The notes: generated by a model from the sequence alone, not told the origin. Shown: positions 11,564 through 27,706, counted from the first letter of the stretch. The stretch: DNA of 64,000 bases from Octopus sinensis (GCF_006345805.1 NW_021832843.1:25855-89854); one strand, 5' to 3'. Numbers and translations: made by a program.

Positions 11564-12245
11564 CCACAATATAACACTAGTAATAATGTGTATTAGAGCA
11601 TACAAGGTTACGTTGAAATACTACAACTTGTATTTTCAACAGCGTTCGGCTTGGCTTCCCACTTCTCTCCTTCAACAGCCATGATTGTTTTCAACTCTCG
11701 TTAAATATTGCCACTGCATGGTGACCGCAGACAACCGCCGATGATTTCAGCACTCATCAGCACGTGCCGGCACGTGCTGTCTCGTGCTGTCACGTGTTAT
11801 CACGTGTTCACGGAGGGCGTTTCAGTTCAAAACAACACTTGCCTTGTTATTTCTCTTGATGATAATGTTTATCACTCTTGCGAAAGGTGAGAAGTGTGGT
11901 TTCTACGTAACACATAATACATCAGATTATATGATAATACAAGAGATTTATATGTTCATTTTCTCACCACTGCAGGCATGGTATTTCTACCATTACTGGG
12001 AGAAGTACTTAATAACTCTACATATATGCCCTTCATTTTGATATGGTAAAAAGGTATAACTTCTTCTTGCAATGCAGGCAATCAATGACAGATGTTCTAT
12101 TCAAACCAAAATTCTTTTCTCATCCACATCATCTTACAGAATTTATATTTTAAGCTAAGAATCAGCTGTGACTTTTGGAGATCTTAAATTTCTAATGGCC
12201 TCTCTACATTAATCTAGAGTTTGCAATGAGAAGCTGACTCCTTTT

Positions 12246-12288
12246 GTACGAACTTGTAGTAGTAGTAGTAGTAGTAGTAGTAGTAAAA

Positions 12289-12354
<66 letters not shown>

Positions 12355-12373
12355 TATTATTATTATTATTATT
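12246..12373. repeat. (TAG)n/(TTA)n microsatellite forming the 3' flank of the Dong-like element
   Basis: Direct inspection. Confidence 0.9.
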
Positions 12374-15300
12374 CAGTAGTTTTATTTTTATAGCGTGCTT
12401 TCACTTCACTACCGAGCGCAGCTCTGTGTGCCTTGGGTGTGTGCTGTGATTTGTTGTGGTGCTCTGATGGTTATTGTATGGAAATTGTTCTGCGTAGGAT
12501 GTGTGCAGTGCCTAGTAGTGCAATTTTCTGTATGTTATATGTGTTTGTAAGTCCTGGTGTTTTTGTTATGTATTTGTCTGAATATTTTTTTATCATGCCT
12601 AATGCACCTGCTATGATAGGAATTGTTTCTGTTTTCAGATTCCACATTCGAGTTACCTCTATTTCCAGGTCTTTGTATTTTGAAAGTTTCTCCATTTCTT
12701 TTAGAGACACGTTGTCATCTGCTGGTATTGATACATCAATTAGAAAGCATTTTTTTTCTTCATGATCTCTGACAACTATATCTGGTCTGTTGGCCTTAAT
12801 TTCTCTATCTGTGTGTATTGGCATATTCCAGAGTATGGTTTTCTGTGACCTTTTCTGGCAGGTGCCTATACCATCTTTTTTCTGTTGCAATTCCATAATG
12901 TTGACATAGCTTCCAGTGTATGTAGGTCCCAACTCTGTCGTGTCTGTGAATATATTCCTTCTTAGCCAGGACTGGGCAGCTAGAGATATGATTTATTGTT
13001 TCTTGTCCATCTCCACATATTCTGCAGTTACTTGTTATATTTCTTTTCATTACATGTTTTTGGTAATTTCTGGTGGGGAGGCTTTGGTCTTGTGCTGCAA
13101 TTAAAAATCCCTCTGTTTCTGCTTTGAGTCCTGAGCTTCTCAACCATTGCTGGGATTTTTCTTTGTCTATTTCTTTTGCGTTTAGTTTAGTCCAGTATTT
13201 ACCATGAAGGGGCTTTTCTTGCCATCGTTTTATCATGGTTCGTTGCTGTTCTATTTTTAGTTTGGATTTCATTTGTTTTATAGCTTTTGTTGTTTCTTCA
13301 TCTTCTTCATCTTCATATTTATTAGGTGGTATGATTTCTTGTTTGTATTTTTCAGCTTCCTTAAATACTGAGAACAGTTTTTGTTTTGCTCGTGTTTTGC
13401 CACTATTTGTATCAGTTTTCCTTCCTTCTGAAGTAGATATTTTTTCAGTCCTATGGTGGTTATTTTATAGTAGTGTTCCAGCTGTATAAGGCCTCTACCA
13501 CCATCTATACGTTGTATATATAGCCTTTCTATATCAGATTTTGGGTGATGCATCCTAGATCCTGTCATTATTTTTCTTGTTTTCCTATCTATTTTGGTCA
13601 GTTCATTTAGTGTCCAGTTAAGGATATTGTAGCTGTAACTTATAACTGGAACGGCTAAAGTATTCATACCTATTATCTTGTTTTTAGCATTGAGCTCTGT
13701 TTTTAGTATTGATTTAACTCGTCTATAATATTCTTTTTTTTATTTTCTCTTTCATTTGTGTGTGTTGTGTCTTATCTAGTTCATGGATTCCTAAGTATTT
13801 GTAAGTTTGGCTTTGGTCTAATTCTTTTATTTCATTGGTTTTATCTAGTGTGATGTTGCTACTCTTAACTAGTGTTCCTCTTTTCAAGGTTACTTTGGCG
13901 CATTTTTCTAATCCAAATTTCATATCTATTTCTTTGGTAAATCCATGAACTGTCTTTAGTAGTGTTTCCAGCTGTTTGTCATTTGTAGCGTATAGTTTTA
14001 GGTCATCCATCTATAAAAGGTGGCTGATCGTTTTGCCGTAACATTTAAATCCGCATCCAGTTCTAATTAGCATATCAGATAGAGGTGATAGTGCCAAGCA
14101 GAAAAGGAGTGGAGAGAGCGTGTCTCCCTGGAATATTCCTCTTCTAATGGGGATGGCTTTGGTTTTCATGAGTCCCTATTTCGTTTGGAGCTGTAGCACA
14201 TTTTGCCATTTATTCATAGAGTGTCCTATGTATTTTATAATTGTTGGTGCTACTTTGTTCATGGCTAGTGTTTCGAGGATCCATGTGTGGGGGATGCTAT
14301 CAAACGCCTTTCTGTAGTCGATCCAGGCCATACTGAGGCCTTTCTTCTTTCTGTGGCTGTCTTCAGTTATGGCTTTATTGATCATTAGTTGATCTTTACA
14401 GCCATAGGAGCCTTTGCGGCATCCTTTGTGCTCTTCTGGAAACAGGTTGTTTTCGTCCAGGTGCTTGTTTAATCTTTGTGATATTGCTGCAGTAAATGCT
14501 TTGTACACAGTAGGGAGACAGGTTATAGGTCTGTAGTTTTCTGGTTTCGCTGTCTCATTGGATTTGGGAATTAAGATGGTTTTCCCCTTCGTGAGCCATT
14601 CAGGCATTGTCTCTGGCTCTGCTAGTATGTTGTTAAAGTTTTCAGCCAGCTTTTTGTGCATTCCTGGTAGATATTTCAGCCAGAAGTTGGGGATCTTGTC
14701 ATGCCCAGGTGCCTTCTAGTCACTTAGTCTTTGCAGTGCCTGGGTGACCTCTTCAGTTGTTATGGGGGTCCAAAGTTGTTCAGATGCCGAGTTTGTTATT
14801 TTCATACTCCTTTTTGTGGTTGTTCATTCGCCGACCATATTCCTTTCCAGAATTCTTCCAGTTCATCTGCCGTTGGTGCTGCAGTGATGTCTATTTTATA
14901 TTTGCCAAGTACTTGGTAGAGGGTTGGAGTTGAACTGTTTGTTTTGTTCAAAGAAACGTTGGCGTTTCTCATACCGGCGGATCCTTTGTGCTTTGGCAAG
15001 GATATCTTGCTTCAGCTTTTCTTTTATCTTAGGTAAATCTTTTTCTGTGATGTTGTATTTGCGCAGTATTTTTGTTTTCTTTTTGTTGCTTAATAGCGTT
15101 GACTGTCTACTGATTTCGTTACGAATAGACAGATCTTTTCACATTTTTTGTATTTTGTTTTGGATGTTATTTATCCACAGGGTTTGTTTGGGTGGTGGTA
15201 CTCCTCTTTGGATGGGTTTGAGTGAGTATCCAGCTTCTTTTGTGGCTGCTGTATATACTAAGTCATTTAGCTCAGTGATATTGCTATTTGTTTCAGTGGC

Positions 15301-16448
15301 TATTAGTTCCGTGACGGCTAGGTTTATGCTATTTATAATTGATGTAGTTTTTTTGTCTATTTTGATTTTTGGGAGGTATGGTCGATGGTCCATTTTGAGA
15401 TCTGTGGTTTTCAGTTCTTTGATTATTCTACTTTTTATAGTGTCATAATCATTAGGCTCCCTTTCGTCGTTTCCAGGTTTTAGATTTGTGTCGCTTTCTT
15501 TCTCATTCGTATGTTTGTCTGTCGTGTTTTGACTTGCTGCTTGTCGTGCATTATTTTGCATCCTTACGGTCTGGTTTTGTTGTTTTTTGTTTACATCGTT
15601 TTTGTTGGGAATGTTACATTTGTCTTAGTAAAACTTACTATCTCAGTGTTCATATTATGTGGCATTGTTGTGTGGCTTCTATCTACATTTTCCTGATGTA
15701 TATTTTCTTTTAAATGTTCTATTTCTATTTCTGATATTTTTTTGCGTTGAGAATATATCTTCGTACGTTAGCTAGTTTATTAGGGTTCATTGCTGTATCC
15801 AAGTCTTTATTTATGTTATCTTTCTTCCATATTTTATATGTATATGTTGTTGTGTTTTCGTTCTTTAGGTAGAGCACTGCTGTAAAGTATGCGTGTAGGA
15901 TTGAAATGTATTCCTCACGTGTCCATTTATGCTTTTTGGTTTTATCTGCGGGACATGAGGAACAACGTCCGGCCCATTATTTTGACGGTCGTCATTTTCG
16001 TAGGGTACCGGTCCGTTCATTTCTGTTGTCACATTGTTTTGCACGTTTACTTTTTCGTACTTTCTGTGTAACAGGTTCAAAGTGCGCGCTTCCTGATTGT
16101 TATTCTTGGGTTGAATAATATCGGTGTTATTTAATTTCTTCGTAGTTTTTTTGTACATGGTGTTTGGGACCGGAGATGATCTGGTGTTGATGGATCGTAA
16201 TATTCCACGCATGTTTACATGTGTTGTGTTAGAGGTGGAGATGATATCGAGTTAAAATACATCATTTCGTTTGGAAAATTTCAATGAGTATTACTTACTC
16301 GGATATAGTTCAATCCTTTGTCAGTTATTTTTTGGCTTCATGCGATGTCTTTGTTTCCGATGTCTGTGGATAGATTTCGGAGCAATGTTTTATCGCACTC
16401 ACATGTTAATTAAACGTCCCCGGTGTTCGTTAAACGTCCCCGGTGTTC
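12374..16448 (-). mobile_element. Near full-length, decayed R4/Dong-clade non-LTR retrotransposon (RT plus CCHC plus restriction-like endonuclease)
   Basis: Fragments in order: N-terminal region; RT (YRPITCLPT, KGCRKGSYGCKDQL, WIDYRKAFDS, HLL*MDDLKLY); GGRGL; CRICG..ETINHI..C; RHD; NRPDIV..CFLIDVSIP (PD-(D/E)xK); EKLSKY. The Y of YMDD is a TAG at 14011-14013. (TAA)n lies at the 3' end and (GAA)n(TAA)n at the 5' end. Confidence 0.93.
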
Positions 16449-16474
16449 TTCTTCTTCTTTTTCTTCTTCTTCTT

Positions 16475-16552
<78 letters not shown>

Positions 16553-16554
16553 GA

Positions 16555-16765
16555 TTTCAAATTTCAAATTTTGGCATAAGTCCACCAAGTTCGGGGTGAG
16601 TAGGTGAGTCGATTACATCAATCCCAGTATTCAACTGATGCTAATTTTATCTACCCTGCAAGAATGAAAAGCGAAGTCGACATCAGCGGAATTTGAACTC
16701 TGAACGTAAAGACGGACGAAATGCCGCTGAGCATTTTGCCCGATATGCTAACGATTCTGCCACCA
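16555..16765 (-). mobile_element. Degenerate family-1 SINE
   Basis: Reverse complement of the head and body modules; its tail runs into the (AAT)n array. Confidence 0.82.
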
Positions 16766-16863
16766 GAATCGTATGTAGATATTAAGAATGCATGTATGTG
16801 AGTATGTATTTATGTATTATATATAGATAGATATACATCCATACGTATATATACATATATATA

Positions 16864-17024
16864 AATTATAATTAAGGGTATCAAAAAGATACAACCATGC
16901 TAGATATAGCAGCCAAAACTAGACTAAAAAACCACATTAAATGAACATTCAATGTGTTTTAGATTCAAGTTTTGGCTGCTATATCTAGCATGGTGGTATT
17001 TTTTAGATATCTTCAATTATAATT
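16864..17024. mobile_element. Short foldback/MITE-like palindrome
   Basis: Perfect 27-bp arms ACCATGCTAGATATAGCAGCCAAAACT at 16894-16920 and 16968-16994, with imperfect pairing out to AATTATAATT on both sides. Confidence 0.75.
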
Positions 17025-17146
17025 TTAATAGTAATTATTACCTATGATGTTTTTATTCCCATGCTAGCAACTTGATATGATCGGTATTTTAAACAACGAT
17101 CTTATCCTTATTTATATAAATTTATATACATTCATACATACATACA

Positions 17147-17227
<81 letters not shown>

Positions 17228-17270
17228 ATATATATATATTTAAAAAAGGAGATGTGGAACACGAGTGGTG

Positions 17271-17790
17271 ATATATAAAAAAAGAAAATGAAGAAAATGC
17301 TGACAAAATAATTTAAGTAAGGGAGAGTGTATTTAATTAGGTGAAAGTTCTTTTTTTAAACAAAAAAAGAGAAAAATTGGGTTAGAATACAATGTTCATT
17401 TTTTGTGAATGAATTCAGTGTATAAGAAAAAAAGTAAGAGTCTTTTACAAGATATTTAAGTAAAAGCGTGTAATATACAGTTTTTTGTGGAAAAGTTCAA
17501 TGTCAGATTTCAGTGCAGAATAAAAGAAATAAGAGATTACCGGTTGCGCATTTGTTATGCTTATCAAAAGCTATTTTGAGTGAGATAGAGTTCCTTTCTG
17601 ATTGATTTTTTTCTCTTATCTGACTCTTACTTTTTTTCTTATACACTGAAATCATTCACAAAAAATGAACATTGTATTCTAACCCAATTTTTCTCTTTTT
17701 TTGTTTAAAAAAAGAACTTTCACCTAATTAAATACACTCTCCCTTACTTAAATTATTTTGTCAGCATTTTCTTCATTTCCTTTATATATA
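17271..17790. repeat. Long inverted repeat (arms about 170 bp, spacer about 180 bp) between (TA)n tracts
   Basis: Arms 17271-17442 and 17622-17790 are near-perfect reverse complements. Confidence 0.88.
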
Positions 17791-17907
17791 TGTGTGTGTT
17801 TCTTAAATGGCTTATAAACACCTTCCACGCTGCAATTGTTTTCGTTTCAGCACACGATCTCAGATCAAATTACTTGCTATGCGAGTACATCTCCGTAATA
17901 TATATAT

Positions 17908-17990
<83 letters not shown>

Positions 17991-18011
17991 ACATATATAT
18001 ACATTCATATG

Positions 18012-18048
<37 letters not shown>

Positions 18049-18247
18049 ATAAATATATAAGATAAATTAAATTTAGAGATATTCTATTGACAATCCGATA
18101 ATTTATTTATATTACAATATTACATTAAATACTATGAATATAATATTAACATAACATAATATATGGATGGATGGATGGATCGATCGATCGGTCGATGAAT
18201 GGATATATATATATAGATAGATATATACATACATATATTCATATATA

Positions 18248-19507
18248 TTGGGTTGGCAACTAAGTTCCCGCCGTTTTTTTTAATTTAAATTTTTTTTTAA
18301 TGTTTAATCAAAAATAACAACTAATTAATCAATAATGTATTCACCCTTGTTGTTTACAACTTCTTCCCAACGTTCCACAAGATTTTCTTTACCTCGTTGG
18401 TAGAAATCACCCGATTTCGACTCGAAAATTTGATCCAACCAAGCGCTCATTTCTGCATCAATATTGAACAAAACTCTGCGCATAGCATTTGAAAGAGATC
18501 GAAAGAGGTGGAAATCCGTTGTTGCTAAATCAAGAGAGTACGTGGGTGTGGCGGCACTTCGCAGCCATGCATTTGAATGGCTTCTTTGGTCATATTGGCG
18601 ATAGGAGGGCGGACGTTGTCGTGCAGCAGAAGAACTCCATGCTGACGATTAGGTCTTTTCTCTTGAATAGCCATGTTGAGTCGTCCCATCAGTTAAACAT
18701 AGAGTTCCATATTGACCGATTGGTTCCGTTCAAGAAATTCGTAATAGATAATCCCTTCCCAGTCCCACCATACGCACAACATCGCTTTACGCAGATGAAG
18801 ATCTTTTCACACGCGGTGTTTGTTGTTTACCGGGGCTAAGCCATTCCTTACGCTGCTTCATATTGATGTACAGGCACCATTTTTCGTCGCCAGTAACGAT
18901 TCGGTAAAGAAACCGTTGCTTGTGTCCATGAGTGACCGGTGACGAGCAAGCAAACCAGCGGAGATTGTGGCTCGTTGATTTTTGTTGTTGTCACTTAAAG
19001 CATGCGGAACCCATGCCCTATACTTCTGAAACTTTCCCATCGAGTGAAGATGATTCTCTATAGCAGTGTGGGAGCATTCCATTTTCTCTGCCAGTTCCCT
19101 CGTTGTTTGACGAGAATTTTCGTGCAAAAGTTGGTTTAATCGCTCTTCATCGAACTCAACTGAACGGTCAGAACGAGGTACGTCTTTGAGATCAAAATTT
19201 CCATTTTTGAACTTGGCATACCAATCACGAGCGGTGCTTTCATCTATGGTACCCTCTCCATACACAGCACAAATGTCGCGAGCAGCTTTTGTAGCCTTAG
19301 AACCCTGATCAAAAGCAAAATGAAGGTGTCGAAAATCCTCGTTTTTTTAACTTCACATTCTATTTTAATGATCTCAAAATAAACGAAACTTAACTAAAAT
19401 TAACTAGTAAAAAACAAAATAGATTCCAGACTGATTCAAAAATAGAACTCTCGAAAAGAATAGATTCCAAACTTTAAAAAACGGTGGGAACTTAGTTGCC
19501 AACCCAA
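18248..19507 (-). mobile_element. Full-length defective mariner (DD34D) transposon
   Basis: TIRs TTGGGTTGGCAACTAAGTTCCC(G/A)CCGTTTT and TA TSDs. Transposase motifs WVPHAL, GDEKW, HDNVRP and a degenerate YSPDLAPSDFHLF are present, with frameshifts and stops. Confidence 0.95.
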
Positions 19508-19566
<59 letters not shown>

Positions 19567-19604
19567 GTGTGTGTGTGTATAAATGTGGCGAACTGGCACC
19601 TTAC

Positions 19605-19757
19605 AAAATTCTTGGCGGCATTTTTCACGTCTTTACATTCTCAGTTCAAATTATGCCGTTTTGTCTGTCATTCTTTCGGGGTAGATAAGATAGGTAAGTA
19701 CCAGTCAAATCGACTGGCACCATCCCTCAAATTTCAAGCTCTGTGCCTATAGTAGAA
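19605..19757 (+). mobile_element. Partial degenerate family-1 SINE
   Basis: GGCGAACTGGCA..CTCAGTTCAAATT..AAGTACCAGT..GTGCCTATAGTAGAA. Confidence 0.7.
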
Positions 19758-20840
19758 CAGATATATGTCGAATATGTACCGGTGTTGTGTATACATGTAT
19801 AGCTTAATGTGTTATATAGGTGTATATTTGTGTTGTATACATGAACTTATATATATATGTGTGTTTGTGTGTGTGTACGTATATTAGTCAATTAGTATAT
19901 GGTGATATGGTGATGGATGCATTGGCAGGGATATCACTTTTTTGTTTACTTTTCGAAAGTTTCCGGTTTCACAAAAATACGTAAAGTGGAATTGTCAGTG
20001 TTTGTTTATGAAACCATGTGATCCAAGACGTGTGAGAGCTTCAGAGAATTAACGACACGCCTGCGCAATGGGTCAGAGAAATTAATCGGAACAACAATAT
20101 CCGGTCTGTCGTTTCTTTTTACAAATTGCCCGCCATTCTTTTGAAAATACTGACAGCCCCGATGAAATATCTTGCTGAAGGAAATGTTGCTAAATCATAA
20201 GCTATTTATCTTCCTAGTGATGTCAGTGCAGGTTTGAAAGGTAAACGAGGAAAGAAACCTCTGGTGAATGGCAGACGAAGAAAGGATGGTGGAAAGAAAG
20301 TATAAAGAATGAATAATGTAAAAGTAAGCGTAATAAGCCATGATTTAATTTAAACTTAGTTTGGAAAGAAAGGCGGGAGGGAGAATGTATCCCGAAAGAG
20401 AAGAAATGTGACAGTAGAAAGTATGGAAGTACTAAAGCGAGAACATAAAATAAAATGAGACGAAGAGAATGGAAATGAATCCCGAAGAACGATTGAAAGA
20501 AAGAGCAAAAGAAATTGATGTGTAAAGAGCAGAAACGGCGGAAGTGAAACAAGTGGATCTTAAGAAAGGAAAAATATGGGAAGAAGTGAGGCTTAAAGAT
20601 AAAAAGAAAGAACGAAAATAATATTTAAGAAAGGAAATCAGATAAAGAGAAAATAAGAATGAAAGAAATAGCGAAAGATAAAAGGACCCCGGCGAGATAA
20701 AAGTCAATGATGACCTCGGTGAGATTTGAACTCAGAATGCAATGAGCTAAAAGAAATACTGCAATGAATTTTGTCTAACACTCTGAAGAATCTGCCATAT
20801 GCCCTCTTCGCAGAAGCAATAATGGTGATTTCTTATATAA

Positions 20841-21071
20841 ATTTCTTTACTACCCACAAGGGGCTAAACACAGAGAGGACAAACAAGGACAGACAAAGGG
20901 ATTCAATCGATTAGATCGACCCCAGTGCGTAACTGGTACTTATTTAATCGACCCCGAAAGGACGAAAGGCAAAGTCAACCTCGGCGGAATTAGAACTCAG
21001 AACGTAACGGCAGATGAAATACTGCTAAGCACTTCGCTCGGCGTCCTAACGATTCTGCCAGCTCACCACCT
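20841..21071 (-). mobile_element. Family-1 SINE monomer, with further fragments at 20700-20800 and 21080-21400
   Basis: Reverse complement of the head, body and ATTTCTTTACTACCCACAAGGGGCT tail. Confidence 0.88.
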
Positions 21072-21759
21072 TCAATGATTTCTAATATAGACACAAGGCC
21101 AGTAGTTTTTGAAGTGAGGGTCCTCTAATTATTGATGATAGTACTTTACGTTACCGATGAAAAGTAACGGCGACTTCGGCGCAATTTGAACTCAGAATGC
21201 AAAAAGTTGGAATAAATAATGAAACGTATATATTCCGATGTTCCATTCTAAGGATTCCAACAGCGCGCCCGCTTTTATGATAACAACTACTTGTAAAGCT
21301 GGACACTGAGTAAACGATTTTAAGGAGTCCAAAATTAGTTGAAACCATCGACTCCATTACCTGACTGGTACTTTTAACAACCCGAATGAAACAAGGACGA
21401 AATAATAACAATAACAATAATAATAATAAGCCTTTTGTCCAGCATGCTAGCGACATTTTGTCCGGCATGTGAACCATATTTTGTCCGGCGTGCTAAATGA
21501 TTATACTTGTCTCAAATCCTGGTTACATAAGTTGCAATTCAAAAGTTGCATGGAAATGCTACACAAATCTACGTTGCTTAGATCATAAGAAAAGTCTTTG
21601 AGAACTGAGACTTCTTGGTGTAGTTTGCTCTCATTCTGGGTGAATATGTATATATATATTCAAATATATATGCCACAGAAACCGGAAATCCGTCCTTATG
21701 AGTCTATATGACACCAGAAGGAGCTTTATTTCTTTTTATACCCATACCAGTATAACATA

Positions 21760-21950
21760 CTATAGGTACAAAGCCCGAAATTTGGAGGGAGGAGACTAGT
21801 CGATTACATCGACTCTGGTGCACGGCTGGTACTTATTTCTATCGACCCCGAAAGGACAAAGTCGACCTCGGAGGAATTTGAACTCAGAACCTAAAGCCCG
21901 GCTAAATGCCCCCTAAGCATTTCCCCCGGCGTGCTAACGATTCTTCCAGT
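21760..21950 (-). mobile_element. Family-1 SINE
   Basis: Reverse complement of the conserved modules. Confidence 0.82.
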
Positions 21951-21971
21951 TTACCGTCTTCTTAACTTGGC

Positions 21972-22066
<95 letters not shown>

Positions 22067-22090
22067 TAATATAATAATAATAATAATAAT

Positions 22091-24658
<2,568 letters not shown>

Positions 24659-25449
24659 GCAATTTTGAATAGGCAAATTTCCACAAATTGCCTTAGTATG
24701 CATCACATGTGCCAACTGTTTGTTCCAGAGCTATCTACCAACCTAATTTTTAAATGATCAAATTCTTTTCCCTTATTACCTACATTTTGAAGCTAACATA
24801 AAATTTAAATCTATACATTACAATAAACCTTACACAAAGAGATTCATTAAGATGGCTCCCCTCTACTTTTCTATAAATCAGATATTCAACTTGTAATAAG
24901 TACACCTTACAAGATAGATAAAGAAAATTATACATATTTGAATTGTACTTATTTGAATTTAAATTATTCAGTATTACATAAGTATTTCCATAAAATTTCT
25001 ATAACCATTGCTCTAATTAGCATTCATTTCCTACCTATTACATTCTTTCTCAATTCCGAAAACATCAAAACAAAGTCGACATTAGCAGGGTTTGAACAAA
25101 GAGGTGTGGCTAAATATCACTTTGTTGTCCAAATTGCCATCTAATATAGTTATAACTTCGGTTCAAAGAGGAAAAAGTACGTACAATGAACTCGAGTATT
25201 TTGCCTGGTACAAATTTCATTGGTCTCGGGACCTACAGAGGATCTGATCTCAGAACTTGAAGAGCGGTAACTAAATATCGCAATGAATTTTGTCCGTCAC
25301 CTTAACAGTTCTGCTAATTCAATGATCGTAACAATTTCAAAACCTGGCAGAAGTTTTGATATTTTTGGAGTAGAGGGCCGCCTGGTACTTAGCAGCCACA
25401 TGCTTTATTGCCTCCATGTTGAATTAGGCCGACTTAAACTCAAGTTTGA

Positions 25450-25810
25450 GCGTAGATTCTTTATAAAGGACGATGAATTCAAAACTGTAGCTATCACTCA
25501 CATGCAAGCATGATGTGGTAGCTTGAACGATACTTTCACCAAATCTTTTAGCTGTTATGTAGTCACGAATTGACGTAGATGCAGACACTCTTTCGACTAT
25601 TCCACTTTTGATCTGGTGGAACATAGAGAGAGAAGGGGGAAGCGAGGCACCAGTATTCGGTTGCTACTCCGATTTGAGTAGATTGATACAACATAAAATG
25701 AAATGCCTTGCTCAAAGACATAACACACCAACCGGTCCAGTAATCGAACACACAATTTTGTGATCGTGGGCCCAATACCCTGTCCACTAGGCCACGCATC
25801 TTTGCATGAA
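25450..25810 (-). mobile_element. Decayed tRNA-derived SINE family 2 (central module 2)
   Basis: Minus strand TGGCCTAGTGG, GTTCGATTAC and GTCTTTGAGCAAGGCATTTCAT. Confidence 0.65.
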
Positions 25811-26939
25811 TTTATACTGCCTAATAACAAAGACATTTTCTAAAAAATACTTTCTAAGATAGTATCATATTTTTTGTAGAAAGGAGTATTAATTAAATTG
25901 ATCCTGGAATTTCATTGATATCCTCCCGCACTTTACAGCTTGACAAACGTCATGATAGAAAACTTTCAGTATAGACTGGTTCAAATTATAACGTTAAATA
26001 ATAATAACAATAAAAGCAGGGAAAATGGTCAAATGTTTGCTACACGAAGGTGCCATTATCAGCTGCCTAACTTCACACGCACACACAAGTGGCTGTGTAA
26101 ATTATGAGAGGTCTTTCTGTTGCACTCAGCCATATATGAGGATAAAGGACATAGTTCGACCCACTGGAGTTTGAACTCAAACATAAAGGAATACAACTAA
26201 CTATTATAGAGATATTTTACACGATAATCCACCATTTCTGCCAATGATATAAATAAATGACAAGAATGAATGAGAATTTAGAGTATTAGAGACTATATAA
26301 ATATGTAAATATATAGATATCACAATAATAATAAAAAGCAAAAATATATGTAAATCTGTAAAAGATAAAAGCGAGAAATGATGAAAGAAAGATGTGTTAA
26401 TTAAAGGTTGATAGATGACAAAAGTTGATAAAAATCGAAGCAGTCGGAAATTTAGAAAAGAATACGAAAAGCGGCCATTGAAAAAAATCATATTTTTTAA
26501 AAAATTAATATGGCGGTTATTTAGATTTATCAAAATGAAATAAACAGCTGTTTGTTAATGGCGTTTGTGTTTGTTTAAACTTCCCGGTGTTGTTGATCTA
26601 GTATTTACATTTTAATTGTTAGTTGTTTAGTTTGTTTGTTTTTATTGTTGTTCTCTTTATATCTTAATTGTTGTTAAAGCTGATTTATTTCTATTTGATG
26701 TTGTTCTTTTAACCTCGTTTCTATTCCCTGTCGTTCTCGCAATCTTTAACTTTTTTTTGAGATTTGAAATATTATTTTGATGTATTTGCGCGTGTATATG
26801 TGTGACTATATTTGTATGTGTGTGTATGTGTGTATGTGTGTGTGTGTTTGAGTTACTGTGTGTGTATTTATCCATATTAATCTTTGTTTTACTTTTCTTG
26901 TTGTCGATGCCTTTGGTCATTCTTGCAAGTCATGCATAT

Positions 26940-27335
26940 TGAAGGTGAATCTAACGGTAACGATGATGGTGATGATGATGATGATGAGGAGGAGGAGGAG
27001 GAGAGGAGGAAGAGGAGGAGGAAGAGGAGGAGGATAGTGATGATGATGATGAAGACGATGACGCAGGAGACAACGAGGATGATAATGACGATGATGATGA
27101 TGATCATTATTATCATTATCATCATCACCATCATCATTCTCGTGGTCGTAGGGTTGGAGGTAGTGCTGATGATAATGACGACGATGTGAACTATGATGAT
27201 GATGATGATGATGGTAGTGGTGGTGGTGGCGGTGGTGGACGCAGCGGCGGATGCGTCGGCGGTAGCGGTAGTGGTTGTGATAGTGGTGCTGGTGGTGGCG
27301 GCGGCGGTGGTGGTGGTGGTGGGTGAAATAGTAAT
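26940..27335. repeat. Compound trinucleotide tract (GAT, GAG, ATC, GGT, GGC)
   Basis: Direct inspection. Confidence 0.9.
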
Positions 27336-27491
27336 GACATTTGTAAAAAACAAAATAAATGTTTTACAGTTCACGTGCTGTCACCAATTACTAAATTCAA
27401 AGAAAAAAATAATAAAATGCTTACACACAAACAACCTCATATATGCATGTGTATATATATGTGTATGTGTGTATATATATATGTGTGTGTA

Positions 27492-27526
<35 letters not shown>

Positions 27527-27654
27527 GTGGTGAGATGGAACTTAGGGGTCCATCTCACCACAACTATGCGTGTGCGAGTGTGTAGTCATACATGCACACT
27601 GTTCGATATAGACGTCCAACGTCGGCGCACCCTTTATTGTCCTCAGTATTATTA

Positions 27655-27706
<52 letters not shown>

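Noticed and set aside
11738-11765. Minus-strand CTGATGA-GTGCT-GAAAT
   Set aside because: Stem II cannot form, and stems I and III are missing.
16260-16448. HDV-like ribozyme expected at the 5' end of an RLE retrotransposon
   Set aside because: I could not identify the nested double pseudoknot by eye; it needs a descriptor search on the consensus.
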